NCBI GenBank assembly: GCA_022571135.1
Contig: JACZYK010000001.1
Span: forward strand, 1-37,552
Direction: 5' to 3'
Origin: Bacteroidota bacterium
GTDB taxonomy: Bacteria; Bacteroidota; Rhodothermia; Rhodothermales; UBA10348
Length of the DNA stretch: 37,552 nt
Of this stretch, positions 1 through 9,562 are shown in pieces. The translations under genes were made by a program, and so were the position numbers. The notes under the pieces were generated by a model. It had not been told where the DNA came from. It searched no databases and worked only from the letters and a program-made list of their open reading frames with translations. The first letter of the stretch is position 1; each line of letters begins with the position of its first letter.

Positions 1-5
1 TCGAA

Positions 6-452
6 TTGAGGGTCATGGAGAAGATCGAGTGGACCACGGCCCTCAACCGATTTGGCGAGGACTATCAGGATATCCTCCAGGACCCGCATGTCGGGGGGAT
101 CGCCGGCTCCATCGCCCGCACGCTCTATCAGCAAGCCATCCAGGACACCCAGATGAGCGGCCAGCCCCGCCGTCCGTACTGGGACATCTTCAGGGAAGCG
201 GGCGAGAAGACACGCGAATGGCGGAATGGGCTGGCCGGGGACTCCGAGACACCGCCCAAACCCAACGGCGAGCAACCCGCAGTCAACCTCTCCCCCGAGA
301 GGGGGGCCCGCAAGCGCGCCGCCCCGCAACCACCGACGCCACGCGCCGGGATGGCGCGTTCAGGCGCCAGGCGGGACAAAGCCCCGAAGTCCGATTCTGA
401 ACGCTTTAGCGAGGGTATCCGGGATATCCAGCGCGCGCGGGGGCAGCGGTGA
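6..452 (+). CDS. Hypothetical protein, possibly 5'-truncated by the window edge; Pro/Arg/Ala-rich low-complexity C-terminal half
   Basis: This is the longest of several mutually overlapping ORFs in a GC-rich segment (1-600). It has no recognisable motifs. The frame is open to the window edge, so the true start may lie upstream. Confidence 0.3.
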   Translation: MRVMEKIEWTTALNRFGEDYQDILQDPHVGGIAGSIARTLYQQAIQDTQMSGQPRRPYWDIFREAGEKTREWRNGLAGDSETPPKPNGEQPAVNLSPERGARKRAAPQPPTPRAGMARSGARRDKAPKSDSERFSEGIRDIQRARGQR

Positions 453-871
453 TCATGACGGCCTGGCAATCGCGGTGGCGCTTGCGGGTGAGCGGCTTGG
501 CGTCGAGGCGGCCGAAGCGACCCGAACGCCCGAAACAGCAATATGCTGTACCTGCCGAGCGAAAGGAGAGGAATGAGTATCAGGGATCGGTACAGCGCCA
601 TACGATCGGTGAGTTGCGGGAAGAATACTCCGCGGCCTAATATTGAGTCGATTCTTTTTGAAAGATGGGTCGAATCCGGCTATGCGATTCTTTACGCTTT
701 GGTTCGTTACAGCCGCAGTCGCACGCCGTTCTAAAGTACGATGTTCCGCAAGTTTAGATGCCGAACCTGGTTAATTGTGTTCCCGATCACGCTTCCGGCC
801 GTTGAAGGGTATGACACAGGATAGTCCGCGTTGGACTCTATATTCCTGAACGGAGACCACATCACGTGAAA

Positions 872-2239
872 ATGGCCAAGCGGAAGTCGATATTTATCTG
901 TCAGGAGTGCGGAAACGAGGCTCCCCGCTGGATGGGCCAGTGTCCGGCGTGCCGCGCATGGAATTCGCTGGTTGAGGAATTCCCGCCGCCCGAGGGACTC
1001 GCGAGAGTCCCTTTCCTGGACCACAGAAACGAAGCCGAAAAGGCTAGACCCGTCCGATTGGACGAAATCGAGGTCGGACGCGAGATCAGGTTCTCGACCG
1101 GGATTGACGAAATTGATCGGGTGCTGGGAGGAGGAATTGTCAGAGGTTCGTCTGTCCTCGTGGCAGGCGATCCCGGTATCGGCAAGAGCACCCTGATGAC
1201 GGAGCTCGGAAAGAACCTGAAGTCACACCGCCTTCTCTATGTCACGGGAGAGGAGTCGCCTGCACAGGTGAAACTGAGGGCTTCCAGACTCGGCGTCTCG
1301 GGGCGAGATTTTCTTCTGCTTCCGGAGACCAATGTCGAGTCGATTATCCATTCCATGCAGGACATCGATCCCGGTCTGCTGATTGTCGATTCAATCCAGA
1401 CTCTGTATCGACCCGACATTCAGAGTGCGCCAGGTTCGGTTGCCCAGGTGAGGGAGAGTGCGTATGCGCTGATTCAGATGGCCAAAATGTCGGGAACGGC
1501 CGTCTTTATCGTGGGCCACGTAACCAAGGACGGCGCCATCGCCGGTCCGAGAGTGCTCGAACACATGGTTGACACCGTACTCTACATGGAAGGCGATCGT
1601 CACCATTCATTTCGGATTCTACGAGCCGTAAAAAATCGATTCGGATCGACCAATGAGATCGGCGTCTTCGAGATGCGGAGTACCGGCCTCCATCCGGTCG
1701 ATAATCCCAGCCGGATCTTTCTTTCCGAGCGAACGGAGGATACGGCCGGAGCCGTCGTCGTCTGCTCGGTTGAAGGATCGAGACCGATTCTGGCTGAAAT
1801 ACAGGCGCTCGTAACGCCGACCTCCTACGCCACCCCCCAACGAACCACGACCGGTTATGACGCCCGGCGCCTGCAGATGCTTCTCGCTGTCCTCGAAAAG
1901 AGGGAAGGGCTCAGGTTGTCGTCAAACGATGTGTTCGTCAACGTAACGGGCGGTCTTCGTCTTACCGAACCCGCCATCGATATGGGGATTGTGGCGGCCC
2001 TTGCGTCATCGTTCAAAGACAGGCCCGTCGATCGACGAGCGGTACTGATCGGTGAGATTGGGCTTGGGGGCGAGGTCAGAGCCGTTACCCACCTCGAGTC
2101 CCGACTCAAGGAAGCAGCCAACCTGGGTTTCAGGAATGCATACGTTCCGAGTCCGGATCTTGCGAATCTGAGAAAGCCGGCGGACATGGTGGTTGAGGGC
2201 GTCGCCTCAATCCATCACCTCATCGATCTTCTGCTGTAA
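872..2239 (+). CDS. radA: DNA repair protein RadA/Sms
   Basis: N-terminal zinc ribbon (FICQECGNEAPRWMGQCPACRAWNS), Walker A (GDPGIGKST) and a Lon-like C-terminal domain. MAKRK at ATG 872 is the typical RadA N-terminus. The ORF is also open from GTG 866. Confidence 0.95.
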   Translation: MAKRKSIFICQECGNEAPRWMGQCPACRAWNSLVEEFPPPEGLARVPFLDHRNEAEKARPVRLDEIEVGREIRFSTGIDEIDRVLGGGIVRGSSVLVAGDPGIGKSTLMTELGKNLKSHRLLYVTGEESPAQVKLRASRLGVSGRDFLLLPETNVESIIHSMQDIDPGLLIVDSIQTLYRPDIQSAPGSVAQVRESAYALIQMAKMSGTAVFIVGHVTKDGAIAGPRVLEHMVDTVLYMEGDRHHSFRILRAVKNRFGSTNEIGVFEMRSTGLHPVDNPSRIFLSERTEDTAGAVVVCSVEGSRPILAEIQALVTPTSYATPQRTTTGYDARRLQMLLAVLEKREGLRLSSNDVFVNVTGGLRLTEPAIDMGIVAALASSFKDRPVDRRAVLIGEIGLGGEVRAVTHLESRLKEAANLGFRNAYVPSPDLANLRKPADMVVEGVASIHHLIDLLL

Positions 2240-2923
2240 GTGCTCCACGCTGCCGTCAGAGTGCCCCACAAGAACGTCGGTTGTCAGTCCCAGAAACAGG
2301 CCGTGGTCCAGAACACCGGGCGTTTGCAACAGCCTCTGATTGACGCGTATCGGGTCGAACGGTCCATCGAAGGTGGCGTCGATGATCCAGAATCCCTGAT
2401 CTGAAACGACGGGTCCGTCCTTTCGGACTCCCATGCGCAGTTCGGGCCGGGCTCCGAGGCTCTCGATAACCCTCATCACCGGCGCCACGGCCATCGGTAC
2501 GATTTCAACAGGCACCGGAAAGTTGCTCCCGAGGCGATCGACGAGTTTCGTCTCATCGACCAGAACCACGAAGCGACGCGCCTGGCCTGCGACGATTTTT
2601 TCCCGCGTCTGGGCTGCGCCACGCCCTTTGATAAGATTCAGATCCGGGTCTACTTCGTCTGCACCGTCGAAGGCCAGATCGATGGCGTCCACTTCATCGA
2701 GTGTAACGAGCGGTATGCCAAGCTTCTGTGCCTGACGCTCGGACGCGAACGACGTGGCGACACCTCTTACGGAGAGACCTCCTCCCTTAATCCTTTCACC
2801 GAGCGCGTCAATGGCCATGGCAGCCGTGGATCCCGTTCCCAGACCGACAACCATTTCATCTTCGATCCATTCCACCACTCGAGCACCGACCAATCGCTTT
2901 GCTTCCTTCTGTAGATCAGCCAT
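2207..2923 (-). CDS. rpiA: Ribose-5-phosphate isomerase A
   Basis: Carries GLGTGST, FDGADEVD and LIKGRGAA motifs, at the usual RpiA length (238 aa). Its 3' end overlaps the radA 3' end by 33 nt (convergent). Confidence 0.93.
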   Translation of the reverse strand: MADLQKEAKRLVGARVVEWIEDEMVVGLGTGSTAAMAIDALGERIKGGGLSVRGVATSFASERQAQKLGIPLVTLDEVDAIDLAFDGADEVDPDLNLIKGRGAAQTREKIVAGQARRFVVLVDETKLVDRLGSNFPVPVEIVPMAVAPVMRVIESLGARPELRMGVRKDGPVVSDQGFWIIDATFDGPFDPIRVNQRLLQTPGVLDHGLFLGLTTDVLVGHSDGSVEHLQQKIDEVMD

Positions 2924-3007
2924 ATCGCCCGCGTCTCCTCTGGATTAAACGTGGCGCAAAGGTAATAACGGCAGTGAAAATTCTCACGCTCAACCAGCGG
3001 ACAGAGA

Positions 3008-4237
3008 CTACTCGTACCTGAGCGAATCGATTGGGCTCAACCGAGCGGCTTTAAATGCCGGATAACCGCCAAATATCAGCGCGATTGCGGTGACCATGAT
3101 CACCGCGGCGATCGCCCAGCCGATTGGAAAAGCAGTCGATATATCAAAATAGAAGGCGACCGAATTTCCTGCCAGGGCTCCGAGAATGATGCCCAGGAAT
3201 CCGCCGATCTGACAGAGAAAAAAAGCCTCCAACAGGAACTGACGCATGATATCTTTGCGCCGTGCACCTACCGACTTGCGAATCCCGATTTCCCTCGTCC
3301 TTTCGGTTACGGAAACGAGCATGATATTCATGATCCCGATGCCCGCGGCCAGGAGGGCAATGAGGCCGATACCCGCTCCTCCCGCGGCGAGCGTACTCGT
3401 GAAAGCGTCGAAAATGTCCTGCATGCTGTCGTTGGTCGAGATCTCGAAGTTGTTGTTTTCGCCGGGCCGAACCTTTCGAATCACGCGCATCCGACCGGTT
3501 GCCTCTTCGATGGCCGCCCGAACGAGATGAGAATCGTGTACGCGGACGCTGATGACAATATTCCGGTTGTGACTACCGTAAAGACTGAACCCGCGCGTAA
3601 TCGGCGTGAATACTCTATTGTCCTGCGAGAATCCGAACACGCTTCCTTTGGTCTTCAAAACACCCACGACTTCGTACCGCTGCCCGTCCATCCGAATACG
3701 CTTCCCGAGCGGATTTTCGTTGGGAAACAGAGCATCGACGATACCGGTGCCGAGGACACAGATCGGTCTTGCATACAGAACGTCCTCCTCGGTAAAAAAC
3801 CGTCCGGAGTCCAGTTCGTACGAGAAATTGCCGAGCATATATTCGTTGCTGCCGACAAGTTGAATGTTGGGTTCCGGTGTCTGGCGGTCCTGATAGCGGA
3901 CGGATCCCATATGGAATCCTTCCATGGGACTGAGAGAGACGGCAAGCTGCATCTTGTCGTCCAGACGCTTCATCTGCTCGTAGGTGAGCCGGGGTCTGTT
4001 CCGAATGTTCCTGTCTATCGGCCCTGTCTGAATGGTGGGCGTCCGCGTTATCATAAAGGTCGACGATCCCAGAAATTGAAGGGATTCCTTGAAGTAGACG
4101 TCGATGACGGCGACGGCGGTCACGGACACGATGATGGCGAATACGCCTATCACCATGCCCAGAAGAGTAAGCGAGGATCGGAGTTTGTGGCTCCGCAGCC
4201 CCTCGAGGGCCATGCGTAGTGCTTCAAGAACTGCCAT
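3008..4237 (-). CDS. ABC transporter permease, MacB/FtsX family
   Basis: N-terminal TM helix (LRSSLTLLGMVIGVFAI), a large periplasmic MacB_PCD-like domain and a C-terminal FtsX 3-TM bundle (ERTREIGIRKSVGARRKDI). Confidence 0.85.
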   Translation of the reverse strand: MAVLEALRMALEGLRSHKLRSSLTLLGMVIGVFAIIVSVTAVAVIDVYFKESLQFLGSSTFMITRTPTIQTGPIDRNIRNRPRLTYEQMKRLDDKMQLAVSLSPMEGFHMGSVRYQDRQTPEPNIQLVGSNEYMLGNFSYELDSGRFFTEEDVLYARPICVLGTGIVDALFPNENPLGKRIRMDGQRYEVVGVLKTKGSVFGFSQDNRVFTPITRGFSLYGSHNRNIVISVRVHDSHLVRAAIEEATGRMRVIRKVRPGENNNFEISTNDSMQDIFDAFTSTLAAGGAGIGLIALLAAGIGIMNIMLVSVTERTREIGIRKSVGARRKDIMRQFLLEAFFLCQIGGFLGIILGALAGNSVAFYFDISTAFPIGWAIAAVIMVTAIALIFGGYPAFKAARLSPIDSLRYE

Positions 4238-4275
4238 CTACAATACGTTATTAGACTCAAAGGACATCATCTATC

Positions 4276-5511
4276 CTATTCGTAACGAAGCGCTTCGATC
4301 GGTGGAGCCTTCGCTGCGATCCAGGCGGGCGCAAGACCAAAAATGGTTCCGATGGCTACGCAGATACTGAACGCGATGAATACCGTGAACATATCCAGAT
4401 AGGCGGGCAATACGATCTTAATGAGCGCTGCCAACGGAATGGACAGACCGACGCCCAGAAGACCTCCGATCATGCAGATGACCACGGCTTCGATGAGGAA
4501 CTGTATGAGGATCGTGCGCCGCCTCGCACCCACCGCTTTTCTGATGCCGATCTCCCGGGTCCGCTCCTTGACGGTGACGAACATGATATTCATCACTCCG
4601 ATTCCACCGACGAGCAGCGCCAGAGCCGTCAAGCCGATACCTATCATATAGATCGCGTTCTTGATCGGAGCGATCGTCTCTCTCAATGACTGTTGTTCAT
4701 TGAGCTCAAAATCGTCTTCTTCCGTAGCGTCGAGTCTCCGGGCAAGGCGAACGACGCCGCGAATCTCGTCTTTCGCATCCTCGAGCGCGACATCGCGGAC
4801 GAGTTTGGCCTGGACGGATATGTTTCGCCAACGGACCCCGAACTGACGTTTAAACGAGTTGAACGGAATCCGTATCTGAAGATCTGCGGACGCTGCTGCG
4901 TTAGCTCCCTGTCCTTTCTTCGTCAGAACACCGATCACCCGGAATTTGCGGCCCCTGATTCGAATATCCTTGCCCAGGGGGTCGCTGAACGGGAAGAGTT
5001 CTTCGGCGATACTGGCCCCGATAACAGCAACGTCCCGGGCACTCTGATCGTCCACGTCCGAATAAAAATAGCCTTCGCTCAGATCCACCTGATGCACTCT
5101 CGGGAACGTAGACGAAGCGCCGATAATCCTGGCGCTGGAAATGCTGCGATTCTTCTGCGAAACGGATCCGCTCGTACCGACAACCGCCGTTGCCGCCTGA
5201 ACAAAATGGGCGCGTTCCTCTACCTTTTTGGCGATGTCGGCCGTGATATTGGGTCGGTTGATGTATTCCCACCATTTCCCACTGTTATCCGCCCACGGCC
5301 ACTTCTCGATATAAATAACGTCGGTACCCAGGCTGGCCATGTCCTGCTCGAAACCGCGCTCGATACCGTTGACGATCGTGGCCATGCCGGTCACGGACAC
5401 GATCCCGATGACGATACCGAGGGTCGTAAGAATTGATCGCATCTTGTTCACGCGAACGGCACGAAGGGCGATCATCAGGCCTTCCCAGATTTCAAATAAG
5501 AAACGATTCAA
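4276..5511 (-). CDS. ABC transporter permease, MacB/FtsX family (paralogue of the downstream gene)
   Basis: Same architecture as 3008-4237 (ERTREIGIRKAVGARRRTI; C-terminal PIEALRYE in both). No cognate ATPase gene is in the window. Confidence 0.85.
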   Translation of the reverse strand: MNRFLFEIWEGLMIALRAVRVNKMRSILTTLGIVIGIVSVTGMATIVNGIERGFEQDMASLGTDVIYIEKWPWADNSGKWWEYINRPNITADIAKKVEERAHFVQAATAVVGTSGSVSQKNRSISSARIIGASSTFPRVHQVDLSEGYFYSDVDDQSARDVAVIGASIAEELFPFSDPLGKDIRIRGRKFRVIGVLTKKGQGANAAASADLQIRIPFNSFKRQFGVRWRNISVQAKLVRDVALEDAKDEIRGVVRLARRLDATEEDDFELNEQQSLRETIAPIKNAIYMIGIGLTALALLVGGIGVMNIMFVTVKERTREIGIRKAVGARRRTILIQFLIEAVVICMIGGLLGVGLSIPLAALIKIVLPAYLDMFTVFIAFSICVAIGTIFGLAPAWIAAKAPPIEALRYE

Positions 5512-5573
5512 GTTCGTTCTCCGGATGACGCGTGTCGGTTACGACCGGGCGGTCGCATCCACGCGGATACGTA

Positions 5574-6083
5574 TTAAAACGCTCGCGGATACGCTTCCTC
5601 GATTTTCTTTTCGAATCTAAGGCGGTACTCGCTGTATGTTGAATTGTAATCGGCCTTCACCAGTCGAAATCCATCTACAAGCGCCATGACAGTCATGCCC
5701 GGGTCGTGGTTTGGAAACGTATCGAAAGCGAACTTGGAGTATCCCAACTCTCTTGCTCTTTCGATGAGGGCGTCCATCAAGGCTCGGGCAATACCGCGGC
5801 GCCTGAATTCACGCACGACACCTCCCTTGGCCGAGTAGAACACGAATCGATTTTCCCTGTACCCTACCTTGAAACCTGCCGGGACACCGTCGAGATGGGC
5901 AATCAACATCGTGAGGTCTTCGCGGTCGAACGTGTTGATGATGCGCTCCTCGCCGAAGATCTCCAGGTTCATCTGCTGCAGGTCTTCTATCCGATCCAGA
6001 TCGAGTGTCGAGATGGTAAGCCCCGGAATCCCGATTGACTCCTGGCGAAGAGTTCGTAGTGAAAATGTCTCAAGGACGTCCAT
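5574..6083 (-). CDS. GNAT family N-acetyltransferase
   Basis: 169 aa with an acetyl-CoA-binding motif A (VVREFRRRGIARALMDALIERA). It starts 6 nt after the helicase stop, on the same strand. Confidence 0.8.
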   Translation of the reverse strand: MDVLETFSLRTLRQESIGIPGLTISTLDLDRIEDLQQMNLEIFGEERIINTFDREDLTMLIAHLDGVPAGFKVGYRENRFVFYSAKGGVVREFRRRGIARALMDALIERARELGYSKFAFDTFPNHDPGMTVMALVDGFRLVKADYNSTYSEYRLRFEKKIEEAYPRAF

Positions 6084-6089
6084 GTGGCC

Positions 6090-8192
6090 TCAGGACGAAG
6101 AATCCGATGGAGAGGGCAAACCCCGGAACGCCCGTGCGGTTTCATCACGGTCGTCTGATGTCTGATCGGGTGATTCCTCCACGATGGAACCGGGCTCGAG
6201 CAGTTCCTCCGAAATATCCACGAGAAAACGGCTGGGCGAAGTAAAATACTGACCATCGGAACGGCGGTACTGCACGCTCGGATAGGAAATAAAAAGTTGA
6301 TCTGCCGCTCGGGTTACGGCCACATACAGCAGGCGTAATTCCTCGTCCAGCGCATCCGCGTCTCCAATCGAGTACGAGGATGGGAGCACGCCGTCCAGGG
6401 CACGAATGAGAAACACGTTTCGATACTCCAGGCCCTTCGCCGAATGAATCGTGGATAGTACCAGCGGCGGTTCGTCATCGACTTCGGTTTCGGTATCCAG
6501 AGCCGTCAGCTCTATCGGGTCGAGCGCCATAGACGAGAGCAACTGCGCGCGATCAGAAAAACCCTCGGCCAGACCGACGAAGTGTTCCAGGTCCTGTATA
6601 CGTTTGGGATAGTCCTCATAGTACACGCGTCGCAACACCGGTTCATAGTAGGCGACGGCCACCTCGACCTGTTCAGTGATCGGGACATCGGCACTTCGGA
6701 TATAGCGAAGCATGGCGAACATGCGCTTGAGCTCCTCGATGTAGCGAGGAGAGAATCGGCTTTCGTCGATTTCAAACGCCCGATCTGAAGCCGATTCAAT
6801 CCAGGAAATCAACTGGTGCGCCGTCTTCGGACCAATGCCTTCCAGGAGCTGGAGTATCCGATTCCAGGCGACGCCGTCCATCGGATTCTCGACCACTTTC
6901 AGGTACGCCAGAAGGTCCTTGATATGAGCGGCTTCGCTCAGTTTCAACCCGCCATATTTCACAAACGGAATTCCTCTGTGATTGAGTTCGACCTCAAGAT
7001 CATAGGAGTTGAATCCGTTTCGGAAAAGGACGGCCATCTCGCTGAGCGGTACTCCCTCCTCTCTCAACGTCAGAATCATCTGTGAGACAAAGCGGCTCTC
7101 GAAACGAGAGTCGGTGGCGTGCACCAGAACGGGGGTCTCGCCGAGGCCCCGCTCCGTGAATAGACGCTTGTCGAACTTATTTCTGGCTCTGGAAATAAGG
7201 AGATTCGCCAGATCGAGTATGCGCTGGGTAGACCTGTAATTATGCTCCAGTTTCAAGACTTGAGTACCTGGAAACATCTCCGGGAAGGACAGGATGTTTC
7301 GAATGTCCGCCCCGCGAAACCGGTAGATACTCTGCGCATCGTCTCCGACCACCATTACGTTTCCATGGACGGACGAGAATCGTTCCACGAGCAGGGCTTG
7401 AGTCCTGTTCGTGTCCTGGTATTCGTCGACCAGGACGTGTCGGCATTCTGTGGCTACCGAGCGGCGGACGTCGTCGTGCTCACTGAACAGGCGGAGTGTC
7501 TTGATCAGCAGGTCGTCGTAGTCCATCAGTCCATGATCCTGCTTGTACCGCTCATATCCCGCTCCGAGTTGTTCAAAGACCTCGACGAATTCCAGAAACT
7601 GGGGATATCGGGCCTCGACAAAATCCTCCATCGACATATCCCTGTTTCGAACCGAAGAAAAAATGGACTGAATCGTGCGCTTTCTCGGGAATCTTTTTCG
7701 GTCCAGCCTGAGATTGAGACCCGATCTGATCACATCGATGACATCAGCCGAATCCGACGCGTCCAGAATGGTGAAATTGTTCGGATAATCGAGTCTTCCG
7801 GCATGTTGCCTGAGGATACCAAGACAAAACGAATGAAACGTTCCTCCCCGCACGCGCCGGCAGCGTCCATCCAGTAACGCCGAGGCTCTGGAAAGCATTT
7901 CCGCAGCCGCCCGGCGCGTGAACGTCAATAAGACGATCTGTTCGGGGGGCGCTCCAGTCTCGACGAGGTAGGCAACCCGGTAGACCAGCGTTCGCGTCTT
8001 GCCGGTTCCAGCCCCGGCGACTACTAGTTGTGGCCCGCCTTGCGCCGTTGCGGCGGCATACTGCTGCTCGTTTAGTTCCTTCGCGTAATCGATCGACAAA
8101 TGATGCCGTTCGACAGGAGCCTCTTGACGAATGACGAACCTCCGAGCCATGACGCGGTCGCACTTATTGTCTTCTTCTTCGGAAACCGTCAT
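6090..8192 (-). CDS. ATP-dependent DNA helicase, UvrD/PcrA/Rep (SF1A) family
   Basis: Walker A (AGAGTGKTRTL), motif II (VLVDEYQDTN) and other SF1 motifs (FTFTRRAA, VGDDAQSIYRFRGA, YRS, TIHSAKGLE, YVAVTRA). The start could alternatively be M15 (8150). Confidence 0.9.
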   Translation of the reverse strand: MTVSEEEDNKCDRVMARRFVIRQEAPVERHHLSIDYAKELNEQQYAAATAQGGPQLVVAGAGTGKTRTLVYRVAYLVETGAPPEQIVLLTFTRRAAAEMLSRASALLDGRCRRVRGGTFHSFCLGILRQHAGRLDYPNNFTILDASDSADVIDVIRSGLNLRLDRKRFPRKRTIQSIFSSVRNRDMSMEDFVEARYPQFLEFVEVFEQLGAGYERYKQDHGLMDYDDLLIKTLRLFSEHDDVRRSVATECRHVLVDEYQDTNRTQALLVERFSSVHGNVMVVGDDAQSIYRFRGADIRNILSFPEMFPGTQVLKLEHNYRSTQRILDLANLLISRARNKFDKRLFTERGLGETPVLVHATDSRFESRFVSQMILTLREEGVPLSEMAVLFRNGFNSYDLEVELNHRGIPFVKYGGLKLSEAAHIKDLLAYLKVVENPMDGVAWNRILQLLEGIGPKTAHQLISWIESASDRAFEIDESRFSPRYIEELKRMFAMLRYIRSADVPITEQVEVAVAYYEPVLRRVYYEDYPKRIQDLEHFVGLAEGFSDRAQLLSSMALDPIELTALDTETEVDDEPPLVLSTIHSAKGLEYRNVFLIRALDGVLPSSYSIGDADALDEELRLLYVAVTRAADQLFISYPSVQYRRSDGQYFTSPSRFLVDISEELLEPGSIVEESPDQTSDDRDETARAFRGLPSPSDSSS

Positions 8193-8363
8193 AACGAAGG
8201 ATCGACGTGAAATGGTTCTGTAATCAACCGACTGGTTTGGACCGGGGAATGTTCATAGATTCCGAACCGTTCCGGGAGCGTCCGATTTGGAACCCAGGCC
8301 CCGGCTAATTCTTCGTTTTCGGCCCGATGTGGGAGGTCCCAGGCGGCCGCAAAGTCTGTTCGA

Positions 8364-9254
8364 ATGGGGAAGGTAATCGCAGTCGCCAATCAGAAAGGGG
8401 GCGTTGGAAAGACGACCACCGCCGTAAACGTGGCTTCCTCTCTCGCCGCCATGGAGCATCAGACGCTTCTTCTGGATTGCGATCCCCAGGCGAACAGCAC
8501 GTCAGGCATCGGTATCGATCCAAGAACTGTTTCCGCGTCCACGTACGAAGTCCTGCTCGGCAGTTGCTCAATGGAAGAGGCGATCGTGGTTACGGAAATG
8601 CCCTATCTGGATCTGGTTCCGAGTCATATCAATCTCGTGGGCGCCGAAATCGAGATGGTCGATGTTCCGGACCGGGAGAAGTTGCTGAGGCGCTCGATCC
8701 AGGATGTTCGAAAAGTCTATGACTTCGTCGTCATTGACTGTCCCCCGTCACTGGGGCTGTTGACCCTTAATTCTCTAACCGCCAGTGACTCGGTGCTTAT
8801 TCCCGTGCAGGCAGAGTATTTCGCCCTGGAAGGACTCGGACAATTGCTCAATACCATCAAACTGGTCCGTCAGCATCTGAACCCGAAGCTCGAAATCGAA
8901 GGCGTGCTACTTACGATGTTTGACTCCCGTCTGCGACTGGCCAACCAGGTTGCTTCCGAAGTCAGGCGCTATTTTGGAGAAAAGGTCTTTCGAACGATCG
9001 TTCAACGAAACGTCCGACTCTCAGAGGCCCCCAGCTTCGGACGACCGGTTCTTCTCTATGACGCTACGAGCGTCGGCGCCCGAAACTATATTGCTCTTGC
9101 CAGGGAAATTCTCCTGACGAACAAAGCTCGTCTGAATCTGGAGCCTGCCGCCTCGGGCGGCCGGGAGAAAGCCTCGGGCGGCCGGGAGAAAGCCTCGGGC
9201 GAAAATAGCCCGCCTCCATCAGACATGAACCCGACAAACGGCCAGAATAAGTGA
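8364..9254 (+). CDS. parA: Chromosome partitioning ATPase ParA/Soj with an unusual repeat-containing C-terminal tail
   Basis: Deviant Walker A ([13 protein letters not shown]) with ParA-like sequence throughout. The last ~45 aa are low complexity and include ASGGREK repeats. Confidence 0.95.
   Translation: MGKVIAVANQKGGVGKTTTAVNVASSLAAMEHQTLLLDCDPQANSTSGIGIDPRTVSASTYEVLLGSCSMEEAIVVTEMPYLDLVPSHINLVGAEIEMVDVPDREKLLRRSIQDVRKVYDFVVIDCPPSLGLLTLNSLTASDSVLIPVQAEYFALEGLGQLLNTIKLVRQHLNPKLEIEGVLLTMFDSRLRLANQVASEVRRYFGEKVFRTIVQRNVRLSEAPSFGRPVLLYDATSVGARNYIALAREILLTNKARLNLEPAASGGREKASGGREKASGENSPPPSDMNPTNGQNK
9150..9201 (+). repeat. 21-bp perfect tandem repeat (about 2.5 copies of GCCTCGGGCGGCCGGGAGAAA), in frame inside the parA 3' end
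   Basis: Read directly from the sequence: 9150-9170 and 9171-9191 are identical, and 9192-9201 is a partial third copy. It encodes [17 protein letters not shown]. Confidence 0.9.
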
Positions 9255-9265
9255 CGCCGCACGAG

Positions 9266-9314
9266 GGCCTGTTAACGCTAACTGAAAGCGCCCTGTAGCA
9301 GCCTGTAAACAGGC
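9266..9314 (+). repeat. Dispersed intergenic repeat, short form (box GGCCTGTTAACGCTA + CTGAAAGCGCCCTG + GCCTG-UAAA-CAGGC hairpin)
   Basis: Begins 12 nt after the parA stop. It is closely similar to the minus-strand copy at 12715-12774, and it shares the 5' box with 21079 and 21911. Confidence 0.8.
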
Positions 9315-9374
9315 GAATCAAGGCGTGTGGAGAGAAATTTGGTGAAATCAAATGAACGACGAACAACACGGAGT

Positions 9375-9445
9375 GACCTGTTTACAAGCGCTACCCACCG
9401 GGCCGGGTCTATTTTTTTGCCCGGCGGCGTTAGTAGAGACTTATG
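9375..9445 (+). repeat. Dispersed intergenic repeat, long form, diverged copy
   Basis: GACCTGTTTACAAGCGCTACC box, then a GCCGGG/CCCGGC hairpin around the conserved CTATTTTTTTG, then an AGTAGAGAC box. The architecture matches 21079-21152. It lies tail-to-tail with 9457-9530. Confidence 0.65.
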
Positions 9446-9456
9446 TAACGGTGTTA

Positions 9457-9530
9457 CACTGCGTGTCTACTGCCTTGCTGGACAAAAAAATAGTCGCCGG
9501 CAGGACGGTTTCCGGTAGCGTTGACAAACC
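9457..9530 (-). repeat. Dispersed intergenic repeat, long form (74 nt)
   Basis: The reverse complement aligns without gaps to 21079-21152, with 63 of 74 identical positions by hand count. Confidence 0.85.
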
Positions 9531-9562
9531 CTAGATCCCTCCAAACCAATATTCGACATCGC

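Noticed and set aside
667-677. GGGTCGAATCC, a tRNA T-arm-like string upstream of radA
   Set aside because: The flanks do not form a T-stem or the rest of a cloverleaf.
860-875. parS-like half sites (CACGTGAAAA at the radA start; ACGTGAAAT at about 8205; CCACGTGGAAG at about 10548, just after parB)
   Set aside because: None forms the 16-bp palindrome TGTTNCACGTGAAACA. Only one arm matches in each case.
2207-2239. 33-nt convergent overlap of the radA and rpiA 3' ends (likewise a 4-nt USP/dsbD overlap at 18972-18975)
   Set aside because: Both ORF ends look genuine, and short convergent overlaps are common in compact genomes. I see no further signal to follow up.
3527-4219. Long antisense shadow ORFs inside well-supported genes (also 4693-5436, 7242-7877, 17128-18039, 19372-19986, 32159-32878, 36462-37436)
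   Set aside because: Each lies opposite or out of frame to a gene with strong family signatures, and each has biased Arg/Ser/Pro-rich composition typical of shadow frames.
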